Assembly (NCBI GenBank): GCA_947631845.1
Contig: CANRMY010000005.1
Location: forward strand, 2,620 to 66,619
DNA from: an uncultured Oscillospiraceae bacterium
GTDB lineage: Bacteria > Bacillota > Clostridia > Oscillospirales > Oscillospiraceae
Direction of reading: 5' to 3'
Length of the DNA: 64,000 bases
Shown here piece by piece: positions 21,342 through 31,111 of the stretch. The first letter of the stretch is position 1. Each line of letters opens with the position of its first letter. Below the pieces are notes generated by a model. That model did no database searches, had not been told where the DNA came from, and saw only the letters and a list, made by a program, of their open reading frames with translations. Both the position numbers and the translations under genes were made by a program.

Positions 21342-22493
21342 ATGCTTCTTATCAAAAACGGCCTTATCCACGACGCCGTGAACCGGGAGCCCTACCGGGC
21401 GGACATCCTCGCCGACGGGGGCAGGATCGTGAAGATCGGGGCGGAGCTTTCCGCGCCGGAGGGCGCGCGGGTGATGGACGCCGCGGGTCTCAATGTGTGG
21501 CCCGGTTTTGTGGACGCCCACACCCACATCGGCCTGGACGGCTCCGGCATCGGCTACGAGGGCCGGGACTACAACGAGATGAACGACATCTGCTGTCCTC
21601 AGCTGCGGGCCATCGACGGCATCAACCCCATGGATCCCAGCCTCAAGACCGCCCGGGAGGCCGGCGTCACCACCGTCTGCACCGGCCCCGGCAGCGCCAA
21701 CGTTCTGGGCGGCACCTTCACCGCCATCAAGACCGTGGGGCGGCGGGTGGACGATATGACCGTCCGGGCCGAGGTGGCCATGAAGTGCGCCTTCGGCGAG
21801 AATCCCAAGCGGTGCTACCGGGACAAGTGCGACTCCAGCCGCATGTCCACCGCCGCCATTCTGCGCCGCGCCCTTTTTGAGGCCAGGGACTACAAGGCCC
21901 GGAAGGACGCCGCGGGCGGCGACGTGACCAAAATGCCCAAATTCGACATGAAGATGGAGGCGCTGATCCCCGTGCTGGAGCGCCGTCTCCCCCTGAAAGC
22001 CCACGCCCACCAAGCCAACGATATCTTCACCGCCCTGCGCATCGCCCACGAATTTGACGTGGACATCACCCTGGAGCACGTCACCGAGGGGCACCTCATC
22101 GCGGAGGAGCTGGCCGCCGAGGATGTGCCCCTGGCCGTGGGCCCCACCCTGACCCACGCCAGCAAATTCGAGCTGCAGAACAAGAGCTGGGAGACCCCCG
22201 GGGTCCTCGCCAGGGCCGGGTGCCAGGTGTCCATCATCACGGACAACTCCGTCATTCCCCAGCAGTACCTGCCCCTGTGCGCCGGCATGGCCGTCAAGGC
22301 GGGCATGGACCCCTTCGACGCTCTCCGCGCCATCACCGTCAACGCCGCCCGCCACGCGGGCGTGGGCGGACGGGTGGGCTCCCTGGAGGCCGGGAAGGAC
22401 GCGGATATCGTCGTCACCGACGGCTGCCCCTTCGAGGTCTTCCACACCGTCAAGGCCGTGGTCATCAACGGGAACGTGGTGTACGAGGGCTGA
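21342..22493 (+). CDS. metal-dependent amidohydrolase family protein
   Basis: 383 aa. GFVDAHTHIGLD (HxH metal site) and a C-terminal GSLEAGKDADIVV motif. Confidence 0.8.
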   Translation: MLLIKNGLIHDAVNREPYRADILADGGRIVKIGAELSAPEGARVMDAAGLNVWPGFVDAHTHIGLDGSGIGYEGRDYNEMNDICCPQLRAIDGINPMDPSLKTAREAGVTTVCTGPGSANVLGGTFTAIKTVGRRVDDMTVRAEVAMKCAFGENPKRCYRDKCDSSRMSTAAILRRALFEARDYKARKDAAGGDVTKMPKFDMKMEALIPVLERRLPLKAHAHQANDIFTALRIAHEFDVDITLEHVTEGHLIAEELAAEDVPLAVGPTLTHASKFELQNKSWETPGVLARAGCQVSIITDNSVIPQQYLPLCAGMAVKAGMDPFDALRAITVNAARHAGVGGRVGSLEAGKDADIVVTDGCPFEVFHTVKAVVINGNVVYEG

Positions 22494-22509
22494 TTTCCCT
22501 GCCGTATAT

Positions 22510-22760
22510 TAAATTCCCGAAAAAACGCCGTACGGGCCGGACACCCGGCCGGGCCGTGTATCGAATTTCCGAAAATCATTCAATCATTTTTGTAGGGGCC
22601 GCCTGGAGAGGCGGCCCCTGCGGCGTTTATGTGGGGATTTGCGGGAAATTCGGGGTGCGGCGGGCCGGCCGGTGTCCGGCCCGTACAGGTACGTTTTAAA
22701 CAATGCGCCGGAAATACGGCGGGCCGCCCCGGGGGCGGCCCCTACAATTTATACGAAAAA
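22510..22760. repeat. REP-like A array R2 (4 hairpin units in alternating orientation)
   Basis: GTACGGGCCGGACACCCGGCCGGGCC, GTAGGGGCCGCCTGGAGAGGCGGCCCCTGC, CGGGCCGGCCGGTGTCCGGCCCGTAC, GGGCCGCCCCGGGGGCGGCCCCTAC. Units are separated by GAAATTCG-type spacers. Confidence 0.85.
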
Positions 22761-22788
22761 TTTACAGTAATTCGCCGCGCCGTGCCAG

Positions 22789-23664
22789 TCACGCTCTCCT
22801 GACGGCCAGGAGGCCGGCCAGGGCATCGAAAAAGGCGGTGCCGGCAAAGGCGCCGGTCAGGGCGGCTTTGGCCTTGCGTGTCTCGGCCAGTACCAGCTCC
22901 TCCGCCGCCTCAACGCCCAGGGCGGAGGCGTAGGTGGGCTTCGCGTTTTTCGCGTCGGAGCCGATGGGCTTGCCCAGCTCCGCCTCGGTGGCGGTGATGT
23001 CCAGAATATCGTCCCGGATCTGGAAGGCCCTGGCCAGGTGGAGGCCGTAGCTCTCGGCGGCGGCCAGCTCCGCCGGCGTACCGCCGGCGGCGATGACGCC
23101 TAAGGCGCAGGCGGCCCGGAGCATGGCGCCGGTCTTCAGGTCGTTGATGACCGTCAGGCCCCCGAGGGTGCGGTCGGAGTCCTCCGCCGTGTCCAGCTCC
23201 TGCCCGCCGCACATGCCAGCGGGACCGGCACAGGCGGCCAGATACCGGGCGGCTTCAACGACCCGCTCCGGCGGGAGGGGCGCGGAGAGGGCCGTCTCAA
23301 AGGCGGCGGCCTGCAAAGCGTCCCCGGCCACAGTGGCGCGGCCCTCGCCGTAGACCACGTGGCAGGTGGGCTTGCCGCGCCGGAGGCCGTCGTCGTCCAT
23401 GCAGGGCAGATCGTCGTGGATGAGGGAGTAGGTGTGGATCATCTCCACGGCCAGGGCCAGGGGCATGGCCGCGTCCCTGTCTCCCCCGGCGGCCTCACAG
23501 AATTTCAGGGTCAGGATGGGCCTTATGCGCTTGCCCCCGGCCAAAAGGGAGTAGCGCATGGCCTCGGTGAGCTTCTGATAGGGCGCTTTTGCGGTGAATA
23601 GCTCCGCCAGCGCCGCCTCCACCCGCGCTTTCAGGGCGGAGAGTTCGTCGGTCAGCTCCATCAC
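22789..23664 (-). CDS. ispA: polyprenyl (farnesyl/geranylgeranyl) diphosphate synthase
   Basis: 291 aa. First DDxxD-type motif IHDDLPCMDDDGLRRG and second IRDDILD. Confidence 0.9.
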   Translation of the reverse strand: MMELTDELSALKARVEAALAELFTAKAPYQKLTEAMRYSLLAGGKRIRPILTLKFCEAAGGDRDAAMPLALAVEMIHTYSLIHDDLPCMDDDGLRRGKPTCHVVYGEGRATVAGDALQAAAFETALSAPLPPERVVEAARYLAACAGPAGMCGGQELDTAEDSDRTLGGLTVINDLKTGAMLRAACALGVIAAGGTPAELAAAESYGLHLARAFQIRDDILDITATEAELGKPIGSDAKNAKPTYASALGVEAAEELVLAETRKAKAALTGAFAGTAFFDALAGLLAVRRA

Positions 23665-23894
23665 TCCGCCTCCAGGAAGGGGGCCTCCACCGGCGCGCCG
23701 TCGGGGCCCTGGGAGAGGGTGACGATCTTCTGCTCGGCCTGGTCCAGCACCTTGCCGCAGGAGCGGATCAGGCCGGTGCCCTCCTCAAAGAGGCCCAGGG
23801 CCTCCTCTAAGGGCAGGTCGCCCTTCTCCAGGGCCTTGACGATCTGGTCCAGGCGGGCCAGGGACTGTTCAAAGGTGAGTTTTTTTGTGGACAT
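23661..23894 (-). CDS. xseB: exodeoxyribonuclease VII small subunit
   Basis: Start chosen at MSTKKLTFEQSLARLDQIV behind GGAGAA. The alternative ATG at 23915 forms an ATGA overlap with xseA. Confidence 0.85.
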   Translation of the reverse strand: MSTKKLTFEQSLARLDQIVKALEKGDLPLEEALGLFEEGTGLIRSCGKVLDQAEQKIVTLSQGPDGAPVEAPFLEAE

Positions 23895-23911
23895 GGCGTT
23901 CTCCTTTTTCG

Positions 23912-25105
23912 TCATTTCACCGCGCACTCGATCTCGTCCTTTTTCAGCTTCAGGGTGAACGTCTCCCCGCTTTTGATGTCTTTTTTGCTCTTGATGACCT
24001 TCCCGTCGGGGCGGACGGCGATGGCATAGCCCCGGCCCAGCACCTTCAGGGGGCTCATGGCGTCCAGCCGCGCGGCCTTCTCGGCGTAGGCGCGCTTCGC
24101 CTCCGCCAGGGCGGCGGCCATCAGAGACGTAAGGCGCTCGCTCTCGGCGTCCAGGGTCTGGCGGCAGACGGCCAGGTAATTTTTAGGATCCCGCAGGACG
24201 GGCCGCTGGGCCAGGGCGTCCAGCCGCTCCCGCTCCTGCCGGAGGCGCTTTTCCATACTTGAGGCCAGGCGGACGGCGTTCTCCCGCACCGCGCCGCGCA
24301 GATCGGCGATGTCCGGGGACACCAGCTCGGCGGCGTTGGAGGGGGTGGCGGCCCGGAGGTCGGCCACAAAATCGGCGATGGTCACATCCGGTTCGTGGCC
24401 CACGGCGGAGACCACGGGGATGGGGCAGTCGTAGATGGCCCGGGCCACCCGCTCGTCGTTGAAGCACCACAGATCCTCCATGCTCCCGCCGCCCCGGCCC
24501 ACGATGAGCACGTCGGCCACGTCGTATGTCCCGGCGTAGCGGACGGCGGCGGCGATCTCCGGCGGGGCCTCCTCGCCCTGGACGCGCACCGGCAGCAGGA
24601 GGAGCTTGGCCACGGGCCAGCGCTTTCTGAGGACCCGGATGATGTCGTGCACCGCCGCGCCGGCGGCGCTGGTGACGATGCCCACCCGCATCGGGCAGAG
24701 GGGGAGGGGCTTTTTGTGGGCGGGGTCGAAAAGGCCCTCCTTATAGAGCTTCTCCTTCAGCTGTTCAAAGGCCATCTGCAGGTCCCCCACCCCGTCGGGG
24801 GTGATGGACGTGACGTAGAGCTGATAGGCCCCGTCCCGGGGATAGACCGTGACCCGGCCCAGGGCGATGACCTTCATGCCGTCCTGGGGCCGGAAGCGCA
24901 GACGGGCGGCGCTGGATCTGAACATGACGCACCGGAGCGCCCCGCCGGCGTCCTTCATGGTGAAATAGTGGTGGCCGGAGGGATAGACCTTGTAGTTGGA
25001 GAGCTCCCCCCGGATATAGATGTTCTCCAGCCGGGGCATGGAGTCAAAGACGTGCTTTAAATACTCGTTGAGCTCCGTGACGGTCAGGATCTGACGCTCA
25101 TCCAA
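23912..25105 (-). CDS. xseA: exodeoxyribonuclease VII large subunit
   Basis: 397 aa. N-terminal OB-fold, then VGRGGGSMEDLW and SAVGHEPD motifs. Confidence 0.9.
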   Translation of the reverse strand: MDERQILTVTELNEYLKHVFDSMPRLENIYIRGELSNYKVYPSGHHYFTMKDAGGALRCVMFRSSAARLRFRPQDGMKVIALGRVTVYPRDGAYQLYVTSITPDGVGDLQMAFEQLKEKLYKEGLFDPAHKKPLPLCPMRVGIVTSAAGAAVHDIIRVLRKRWPVAKLLLLPVRVQGEEAPPEIAAAVRYAGTYDVADVLIVGRGGGSMEDLWCFNDERVARAIYDCPIPVVSAVGHEPDVTIADFVADLRAATPSNAAELVSPDIADLRGAVRENAVRLASSMEKRLRQERERLDALAQRPVLRDPKNYLAVCRQTLDAESERLTSLMAAALAEAKRAYAEKAARLDAMSPLKVLGRGYAIAVRPDGKVIKSKKDIKSGETFTLKLKKDEIECAVK

Positions 25106-26018
25106 GGGCGTTCACCGCCCTCCAGGTGAGGATGGCCGTCCCCATGGCGTTGTCGGTGGAATAGCGGGGCTGGGCGAAGATCCCCTCCGGGGTCATGGCC
25201 CGCAGCAGGGAATTGGACGCCACGCCGCCGGAATAGAGCACCGGCAGGCCGCCATAGCGCTTTTGGGCCTCCTCCGTGGCCTGGTGGACGGCCCGGACGA
25301 CGCTGGCCAGGGCGAAATAGGCGATCTCCGCGTCCTTCTCCCCCGCTTCCTTCATCTGCTTCATCTTATGCTCCACGCCGGAGAGGGAGAAATGACAGCC
25401 GTTCTTTTTGGGGAGGTAGGACCTCTTCTCCACGGCCTCCCCGGAGAGCTTGTCCAGCGCCTTCCCCGCCGGGAATTGAAGGCCCAGCAACTGGCCCGTG
25501 CGGTCGATAAGCTGGCCGGCGGACACGTCCCTGGTGCCGCCCAGGATCTCGCACCGCACGGCCACCCCCTGGGGCCGCACAAGCAGCAGCTCCGTGGTGC
25601 CGCCGGACAGGTGCCAGGCCAGGTGGGGCGTATCCAGAAGCTCCCTGTGCCCCGCCGACCAGGACGCGGCGGCGATGTGGCCCTGCTGGTGGGAGAAGCC
25701 GAAATAGGGGACGTTTAGAAAATGGGCCAGCGCCCTGGCCTGGGCCACGCCGGCCAGGAAGCAGGGCATGTAGCTGCCCTCCGTCTCCCGGGGCGTCTCG
25801 GAGGCGCCCACGGCAACGATGTCCCCGGAAACCGGGAGGGCGTCCACGATCTCCGGCAGGCGGCGGACATGGGAAAAAAGGGCGTCCGACTGGCGTAGGC
25901 CCAGCTCCCCGGGCTTCACATCCAGCAGGCGTCCCGCGTTTTCGCCCCCCTCCCCGTCAAAAAAGGCGCAGGAGGTGGTATAATTGGAGGTGTCAAAGGC
26001 AATGGCAATCTTTTTCAT
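25098..26018 (-). CDS. Kae1/TsaD (ASKHA, peptidase M22-like) family paralog, short form
   Basis: 306 aa. IAIAFDTSNYTTSCAFFDG (compare TsaD GIETSCDET), GFSHQQGHIAAA (HxxGH metal-site-like), SGGVASN. Wedged between nusB and xseA. Confidence 0.55.
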   Translation of the reverse strand: MKKIAIAFDTSNYTTSCAFFDGEGGENAGRLLDVKPGELGLRQSDALFSHVRRLPEIVDALPVSGDIVAVGASETPRETEGSYMPCFLAGVAQARALAHFLNVPYFGFSHQQGHIAAASWSAGHRELLDTPHLAWHLSGGTTELLLVRPQGVAVRCEILGGTRDVSAGQLIDRTGQLLGLQFPAGKALDKLSGEAVEKRSYLPKKNGCHFSLSGVEHKMKQMKEAGEKDAEIAYFALASVVRAVHQATEEAQKRYGGLPVLYSGGVASNSLLRAMTPEGIFAQPRYSTDNAMGTAILTWRAVNALG

Positions 26019-26464
26019 TGGGGCAGCTCTTCTCTCACAAAGGTGCCCAGAACGCCGTTGATGAAGGAGACCGTCTCGGGCTCATCATATTTCTTGGCGA
26101 TCTCCACCGCCTCGTTGATGGCCGCGCCGTTGGGTATCTGGGGCATGTACATGATCTCGTACATAGCCGTTTTCAGCACAGCCACCGCCGTCCGGGAGAT
26201 GCGGCCGAATTTCCAGCCCTTGGCATATTTAGCCACGTACCCGTCCAGCTCCGCCGAGTGCTCGCCGATGCCCAGCACCAGCTCCTCGATATACTCCCGG
26301 TGGTTGGGCTGGGGCATCCCCTCGTAGAGCTTGTCCTCCGTGGCCAGGGAGGCGTAGTACGCCCCGTCGAAGAACGTATCCAGGACCTCTCTGGCGTCGC
26401 ACGCGCGGCTGGAGATCTCAAAGCACAGCCGCATGGCGATCTCTCTTGCTTCCGATCTGTTCAT
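26015..26464 (-). CDS. nusB: transcription antitermination factor NusB
   Basis: 149 aa. MNRSEAREIAMRLCFE and a typical NusB helical pattern. Confidence 0.9.
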   Translation of the reverse strand: MNRSEAREIAMRLCFEISSRACDAREVLDTFFDGAYYASLATEDKLYEGMPQPNHREYIEELVLGIGEHSAELDGYVAKYAKGWKFGRISRTAVAVLKTAMYEIMYMPQIPNGAAINEAVEIAKKYDEPETVSFINGVLGTFVREELPQ

Positions 26465-26486
26465 AAAATCTCCCCGAAAACGCCCC

Positions 26487-26852
26487 TTATTTTCTATTGA
26501 GGCTGACGCCGATGATGTGGACGTTGACCTCGGTGACCTTGAAGCCGGTCATGGACTCCACGCTCGCGGCCACGGCCTCCTGGACCTTGGCTCCCACGGT
26601 GTTGACGGAGGCGCCCAGCTTGACGGTCAGCCACAGATCCACCCGGACCGTCTCGCCCTCCACGGTGAGGCGCACGCCCTTGGAGACGTTCTTCTTGCCC
26701 AGAAGCTCGGTGAGATCCCGTCCCGCGGACAGGGCCGCCACGCCGTCTGTCTCCAGCGCCGCCGACGCCGCGATGACGGAGATGACCTCCTCGGAGATAT
26801 TGATGCTCCCCTTTTCGTCGGGGTGCGTGATGTAATCCTTGTTTTCGCCCAT
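26487..26852 (-). CDS. Asp23/Gls24 family envelope-stress protein
   Basis: Start trimmed to MGENKDY behind GGAGGG. GSINISEEVISVIAASAALETDGVA is the Asp23 signature. Confidence 0.85.
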   Translation of the reverse strand: MGENKDYITHPDEKGSINISEEVISVIAASAALETDGVAALSAGRDLTELLGKKNVSKGVRLTVEGETVRVDLWLTVKLGASVNTVGAKVQEAVAASVESMTGFKVTEVNVHIIGVSLNRK

Positions 26853-27036
26853 AATGCCCTCCTGATGGTCTTTAAAAAGGAATGTGCGGACATTTCCCGG
26901 CGTACAGGCCGCCGGAAAATGTCCCTCTTGTTTTTTCACAAACCGCATCACAAGTATCCATCTTGATTCTAACACATCCGGCGGGAAAAATAAAGTCAAA
27001 TTTCTAATAATTCTCCCTGAAAATCTCCCGTGGGGG

Positions 27037-27675
27037 TCATTTGATCTCCGTGATGGTCAGGTCGGCGGCCTTCAGCCCCGTGCCGGTGACGATGATATCG
27101 GTGATCTGGGCGGCGGAGGCCGCGTCCAGGCCCCCCTCCCGGGCGGCGGTGACGGTGGCGGAGCCGGCGGTCAGGTACACCACGCAGTCGATGAAGCCCT
27201 TGGCCCGGATGAGATTTTCCAGCTCCGCCTCCTTGACGGCGTACCCGGCCATCTCCGTCATGGCCTTCAGCGCCCCGTCGATGGTCTCCTGGGAGGCCCC
27301 GTCGGTAGCGGCCACGGCCTGGAGGGTGGCGGCGGCCTCGTCCCTGGCCTGACTGCGCTCCAGGCGCACCTGGGCGAAGTAGGCGTCATAGGTCCCGCCG
27401 CTGACGGCGGGCAGATTCTCGGCGCCCCCGGCGCCCGTCCCCGCGGTGTCCTCCCCGGTGACGCTGTAATAGAGCCCCGCGTCGTCCCCCGCCGGGATGT
27501 CCCCACCGCCGCCGGTGGTGTCGGCGGCGGTGTCCGCGGCGGTATCCCGCGGCATTCCCCCGTCCACCTTGGCGGCGTCCTCCACCTTCCTGTTGTACGA
27601 CCAGTTGAGATACACCGCCGCGCAAATAAACAGCATCACGGTGAGCACCACCGCGTTTCTCTTGACAGCCTTCAT
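27037..27675 (-). CDS. spoIIIAH: stage III sporulation protein AH
   Basis: 212 aa. N-terminal TM then a YscJ/FliF-like C-terminal domain. Last gene of the spoIIIA operon. Confidence 0.8.
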   Translation of the reverse strand: MKAVKRNAVVLTVMLFICAAVYLNWSYNRKVEDAAKVDGGMPRDTAADTAADTTGGGGDIPAGDDAGLYYSVTGEDTAGTGAGGAENLPAVSGGTYDAYFAQVRLERSQARDEAAATLQAVAATDGASQETIDGALKAMTEMAGYAVKEAELENLIRAKGFIDCVVYLTAGSATVTAAREGGLDAASAAQITDIIVTGTGLKAADLTITEIK

Positions 27676-27701
27676 ATTGACCTCCTGAAATGCAAATTGA
27701 A

Positions 27702-28229
27702 TTACCTCATCTTCACGATCGTGATCACGTCGCCGGTAAGTCCCGTGGCGGCCTTGACGGCCTCCAGGAGCTCCAGCCGCACCTTGGCGTTGTCCGCGCC
27801 CTGGGCGGCGATGACGGCCCCCCGGTAGCGGGGCGCGCGGCAGGTGATCTCCACCGGCTCGCTGCCGCCGCCGGAGCGCTGGATCACCACGCTGGATTCC
27901 GCATCCTCCGTCCTCGTCTCGCCGTCCCGGCTCTCCCGGACGGTCTCGGTGTCCTTGGCCAGCACCCGCTCCCCGTCGTCGGCAGGCGTCAGCAAAACGC
28001 GTACCCGGCCCGCCCCGTCGATGAGGGACAGGATCTCCTGGAGCCTGCTCTCCAGATCCCCGTCCGGGGACGCCTGAACTTCGCTCTCCTCCGGCGGCTC
28101 CTTCTCCGATGTCTCCTCCCGCCCCGTGGGGAGCAGGAGGAGCACCAGCCCCGCCAGCAGAACCAGCAGGACGTATTTCGCGCCCTTCAGCTTCTCCACG
28201 GCGGCGTCGAATCTTTTCTTAACGTCCAT
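27702..28229 (-). CDS. spoIIIAG: stage III sporulation protein AG
   Basis: 175 aa, N-terminal TM, C-terminal GDVITIVKM, operon position. Confidence 0.8.
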   Translation of the reverse strand: MDVKKRFDAAVEKLKGAKYVLLVLLAGLVLLLLPTGREETSEKEPPEESEVQASPDGDLESRLQEILSLIDGAGRVRVLLTPADDGERVLAKDTETVRESRDGETRTEDAESSVVIQRSGGGSEPVEITCRAPRYRGAVIAAQGADNAKVRLELLEAVKAATGLTGDVITIVKMR

Positions 28230-28701
28230 CGTCTGTGCTCCATGTCTGATTTTCCAGCGGTATCCCCAGCTCCGCCTCTATCGCCCTTGAAAGCTCACGG
28301 CTCTCCACCCCTCTCAGCGTACACCGGCAGGGGTACCAGAACCCCTCGCCGCTCCATTTGGCCGTGACCGTGACATCCCGAAGCGCCACGCCCAGCTGTC
28401 CGGCTTTGTCCCATATATATGCCTCGCACCGCTCCTCTATGATAAATCTTGTCTCCGCCGCCGCCTGGCGCTGGGCCTGACCGGCGATCTCTTCCGCCTC
28501 CTCCCGGTAGCGGTCCACATACACGCCCACACCCTGCGCGTCGATGTTCCCGACCACGGACAGCATAGCCGCCATGGTGGCAAAGCCGCCGATGACGCCC
28601 AAAGTCTTTCGCCCCTTCTCCCCCGCCAGGGCCATCCCCACGCCCCACAGCAGGGCCGTGCCGCAGATGGCCAGGATCCAGTTTCGTAAAATATCCAGCA
28701 T
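28219..28701 (-). CDS. spoIIIAF: stage III sporulation protein AF
   Basis: Real start MLDILRNWILAICG at 28701. The 478-aa track ORF is an artefactual upstream extension overlapping spoIIIAE out of frame. Confidence 0.75.
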   Translation of the reverse strand: MLDILRNWILAICGTALLWGVGMALAGEKGRKTLGVIGGFATMAAMLSVVGNIDAQGVGVYVDRYREEAEEIAGQAQRQAAAETRFIIEERCEAYIWDKAGQLGVALRDVTVTAKWSGEGFWYPCRCTLRGVESRELSRAIEAELGIPLENQTWSTDDGR

Positions 28702-28752
28702 CCGTTTCCCCTTTCCCGCATTGAACAGACCCGGCACCCGGCCAGGTCCGTT

Positions 28753-28816
28753 CATCGAATTCCCGAAAACATTTCGGAATAGGCACCCGTACGGGCCGGA
28801 CACCCGGCCGGCCCGT
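28753..28816. repeat. single REP-like A1 unit inside the spoIIIA operon (between AE and AF)
   Basis: CGAATTCCCGAAAAC...CCGTACGGGCCGGACACCCGGCCGGCCCG, the same unit as in the arrays. Confidence 0.8.
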
Positions 28817-28838
28817 TTCCGGCCCACGCGCCCGTCTC

Positions 28839-29939
28839 TCATCCCCCCGCCGTCTTGGCGGCGGAGATCACGGCTATGGCCAGCATGGCCGCCTCCGCGC
28901 CGGTGAGGGCCAGCATCAGGGAATACCCCTCCGCCACCGAGGCGATGAATTCGGAGACGGGCCGGGGGGCCACCGTCCCGGCCAGAGCGGCGGCGCACCG
29001 CAGCAGGGCGGCGTTGATCAGCAGCCGCGCCACCGGCCCCAGGCACACCGCCGCCACCGCCACCAGCCCCGCCGCGCCCAGCGCGCCCCGGATGACGCCA
29101 AGCCCGGAAAGCAGGGTGTCCGACGCGTCCGCCACCATGCCGCCCACCACGGGCAGGAGGGTGGAGATGGCCGTCTTGGTAAGCTTCACCGCCGCCGCGT
29201 CCGCGCTGGAGGCGATCAGGCTCACCGCGCCCAGATAGATGGAGAAGGCCAGCGCCGTGATGATTAGGGCGCGCTTCACCAGCCCCGCGATCAGCTTCGC
29301 CACACCCCCGGCCCCGCCGCCGAAGGCGGCCTGTCCCAGGGATGCCGCCAGGTACATGTAAATGAGCGGGATCACCAGCTTTTTGGAGAGCGTCCCCAGC
29401 ACGTTCAGGAAGAGCGCCGAGGCCGCGTATTTGGCCGCTCCCGACGACACCGCCCCCGTGGCGGCGGAGACGGAGGCCATCACGGGCAGGAGCATCGTCC
29501 CCAGGTCCGTCAGCTCCCCCACCGCCGCCGCGGCCTCCCCCATCAGCGTGGTGAAGCCCCCCGCCGCCGAAGCGGCGATGGCCGCCACACCGGCCAGATT
29601 CACGTAATCGATCCCCTTGCCCCGGTCGGGCGTCAGCTCCCCGGCCACGCCGCACAGGACGGAGGCGGCCAGCACGGTGGCCGCCGTGGCAAGGCCCGCC
29701 CGAAAGGCGGTTTGCAGAGCGCCGCCCAGGGTCTCCGACAGCATCCGGCCCAGGGAATCGCCCACGGACCGCGTGCCGTTCTCCGCCTCCAGCACGTCCC
29801 TGGCGGCCTCCGGGAGGGCGTCGGTCAGCGCGTCGAGGCCCAGCCAGCCGTAGTCCCCGGCGGCGCGGGCACAGCCGGCGGTCAGCAGGGCCGTCAGCAG
29901 AAGGGCCGCCAGGGCAGCGGGAACTCTCAGCTTGTCCAT
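28839..29939 (-). CDS. spoIIIAE: stage III sporulation protein AE
   Basis: Start trimmed to MDKLRVPAALAALLLTALLTAGCA (29939). A polytopic membrane protein of 366 aa. Confidence 0.8.
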   Translation of the reverse strand: MDKLRVPAALAALLLTALLTAGCARAAGDYGWLGLDALTDALPEAARDVLEAENGTRSVGDSLGRMLSETLGGALQTAFRAGLATAATVLAASVLCGVAGELTPDRGKGIDYVNLAGVAAIAASAAGGFTTLMGEAAAAVGELTDLGTMLLPVMASVSAATGAVSSGAAKYAASALFLNVLGTLSKKLVIPLIYMYLAASLGQAAFGGGAGGVAKLIAGLVKRALIITALAFSIYLGAVSLIASSADAAAVKLTKTAISTLLPVVGGMVADASDTLLSGLGVIRGALGAAGLVAVAAVCLGPVARLLINAALLRCAAALAGTVAPRPVSEFIASVAEGYSLMLALTGAEAAMLAIAVISAAKTAGG

Positions 29940-30322
29940 ATCAGCTCCCTCATCATCCGGAACACGCCCCGCATCAGGGGCAGGGCGGCGTACAGGGCCG
30001 CGGCGGCCCCGGCCAGCTCGGCGGCGGAGCCGGCGGTCCCCAGACCCGCGTCCCGGCAGAGATCGGCGGCCAGGCGGGAGATCAGGGCGATGCCCACCGC
30101 CTTCAGAAGCACCGCCAGCACGGCGTTGGAGATGCCCGCCGTCTCCGCCACCTCGGCGACAAAGGCCGTCAGCTCCCGCAGCGCTCCGGCGCAGGTGAAC
30201 ATCACCACGCACCCGGCGGCCAGGGCGATGAGCAGGGCCATAGCGGGGCTGTCCTTTTTGAGGACGCCCGCCATCAGCGCCGCCGGGATGCAGACGGCGG
30301 CTGTCTTGATGAGCAGCTCCAT
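29927..30322 (-). CDS. spoIIIAD: stage III sporulation protein AD
   Basis: 131 aa, 4 TM, MELLIKTAAVCI. Confidence 0.8.
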   Translation of the reverse strand: MELLIKTAAVCIPAALMAGVLKKDSPAMALLIALAAGCVVMFTCAGALRELTAFVAEVAETAGISNAVLAVLLKAVGIALISRLAADLCRDAGLGTAGSAAELAGAAAALYAALPLMRGVFRMMRELIWTS

Positions 30323-30537
30323 CAGCGTATGCGGGGCACGCCCGCAAGGCCGAACAGGGATTTGATGGTGTCAAAGAGAGAGGAGATCTCCCGCAGGAGC
30401 ACCACCAGCACCACCACGAGCCCCGCGATGGTCACCATCAGCGCCTGCTCATCCCGGCCGGAGCGGCCCAACAGCAGGTTAAGCACCGCCACCAGGATCC
30501 CCACGGCGGCAATTTTAAATATTAAATCCACATTCAT
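30322..30537 (-). CDS. spoIIIAC: stage III sporulation protein AC
   Basis: Start trimmed to MNVDLIFKIAAVGILVAVLN (30537). 71 aa, 2 TM. Confidence 0.8.
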   Translation of the reverse strand: MNVDLIFKIAAVGILVAVLNLLLGRSGRDEQALMVTIAGLVVVLVVLLREISSLFDTIKSLFGLAGVPRIR

Positions 30538-30595
30538 TTCGTCGTTTCCTTCGTAGCAATAGGTTTTGAGCGAAACCGCGCCGCCGGATCGGCCT

Positions 30596-31111
30596 TTAAA
30601 GCAAAATGATGGCCGCAAAAAGGCCGGAGGCCAGACCGAAAAAGGCGTGGAGCCGGGAGTCCCGGTCCCGCTCCTCCTCGGCGCGCCTCAAGGCCGTCTC
30701 CAGCCGCCGGCGGGTGCGCCCGATGGCCTCCGCCTGCTCCCGGACATCGTAACGGCCCAGGCTGAGGCCCAGGGAGGTCATCAGCTCCGTCTCCTCCCGG
30801 CGCAGACCCAGCTCCGCGCTTTTTTCCACCGCCATTTTCCAGATGGTGAAAAAGGAGCACCGCCCCAAAGCCTCCAGGCCGCCCCAGGCCCGCCGGTATA
30901 GGCTCCGGACCGGGGGCGGGGCCTCCCTGGACAGCAGCTCCAGCACGTCCCGGGTCGGGGCCATGCGGGTGCAGATCTCGCTCTCCATCAGCTGTAAGGA
31001 CACGATCAGCCCCTCCAGAACGGCCACCCGCCGCCGGAGCCGCGCGATGCCGTGCAGGCCCATGGAGCCGGTAGCCAAAATCACCAGTCCCGCGCCAAGC
31101 CATCTCAACAT
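30596..31111 (-). CDS. spoIIIAB: stage III sporulation protein AB
   Basis: 171 aa. N-terminal TM, GspF-like helical domain, operon position. Confidence 0.8.
   Translation of the reverse strand: MLRWLGAGLVILATGSMGLHGIARLRRRVAVLEGLIVSLQLMESEICTRMAPTRDVLELLSREAPPPVRSLYRRAWGGLEALGRCSFFTIWKMAVEKSAELGLRREETELMTSLGLSLGRYDVREQAEAIGRTRRRLETALRRAEEERDRDSRLHAFFGLASGLFAAIILL

Noticed and set aside
28219-29655. Over-long track ORFs for spoIIIAF (478 aa), spoIIIAE (511 aa), spoIIIAA (377 aa), spoIIIAC (98 aa) and asp23 (170 aa). The same applies to the TauE half (494 aa), ribU (308 aa), guaB (554 aa) and tldD (475 aa).
   Set aside because: The upstream extensions are R/G/P-rich, overlap neighbouring genes out of frame and lack an RBS. 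Internal starts with good SD sequences give proteins of canonical length and N-termini.
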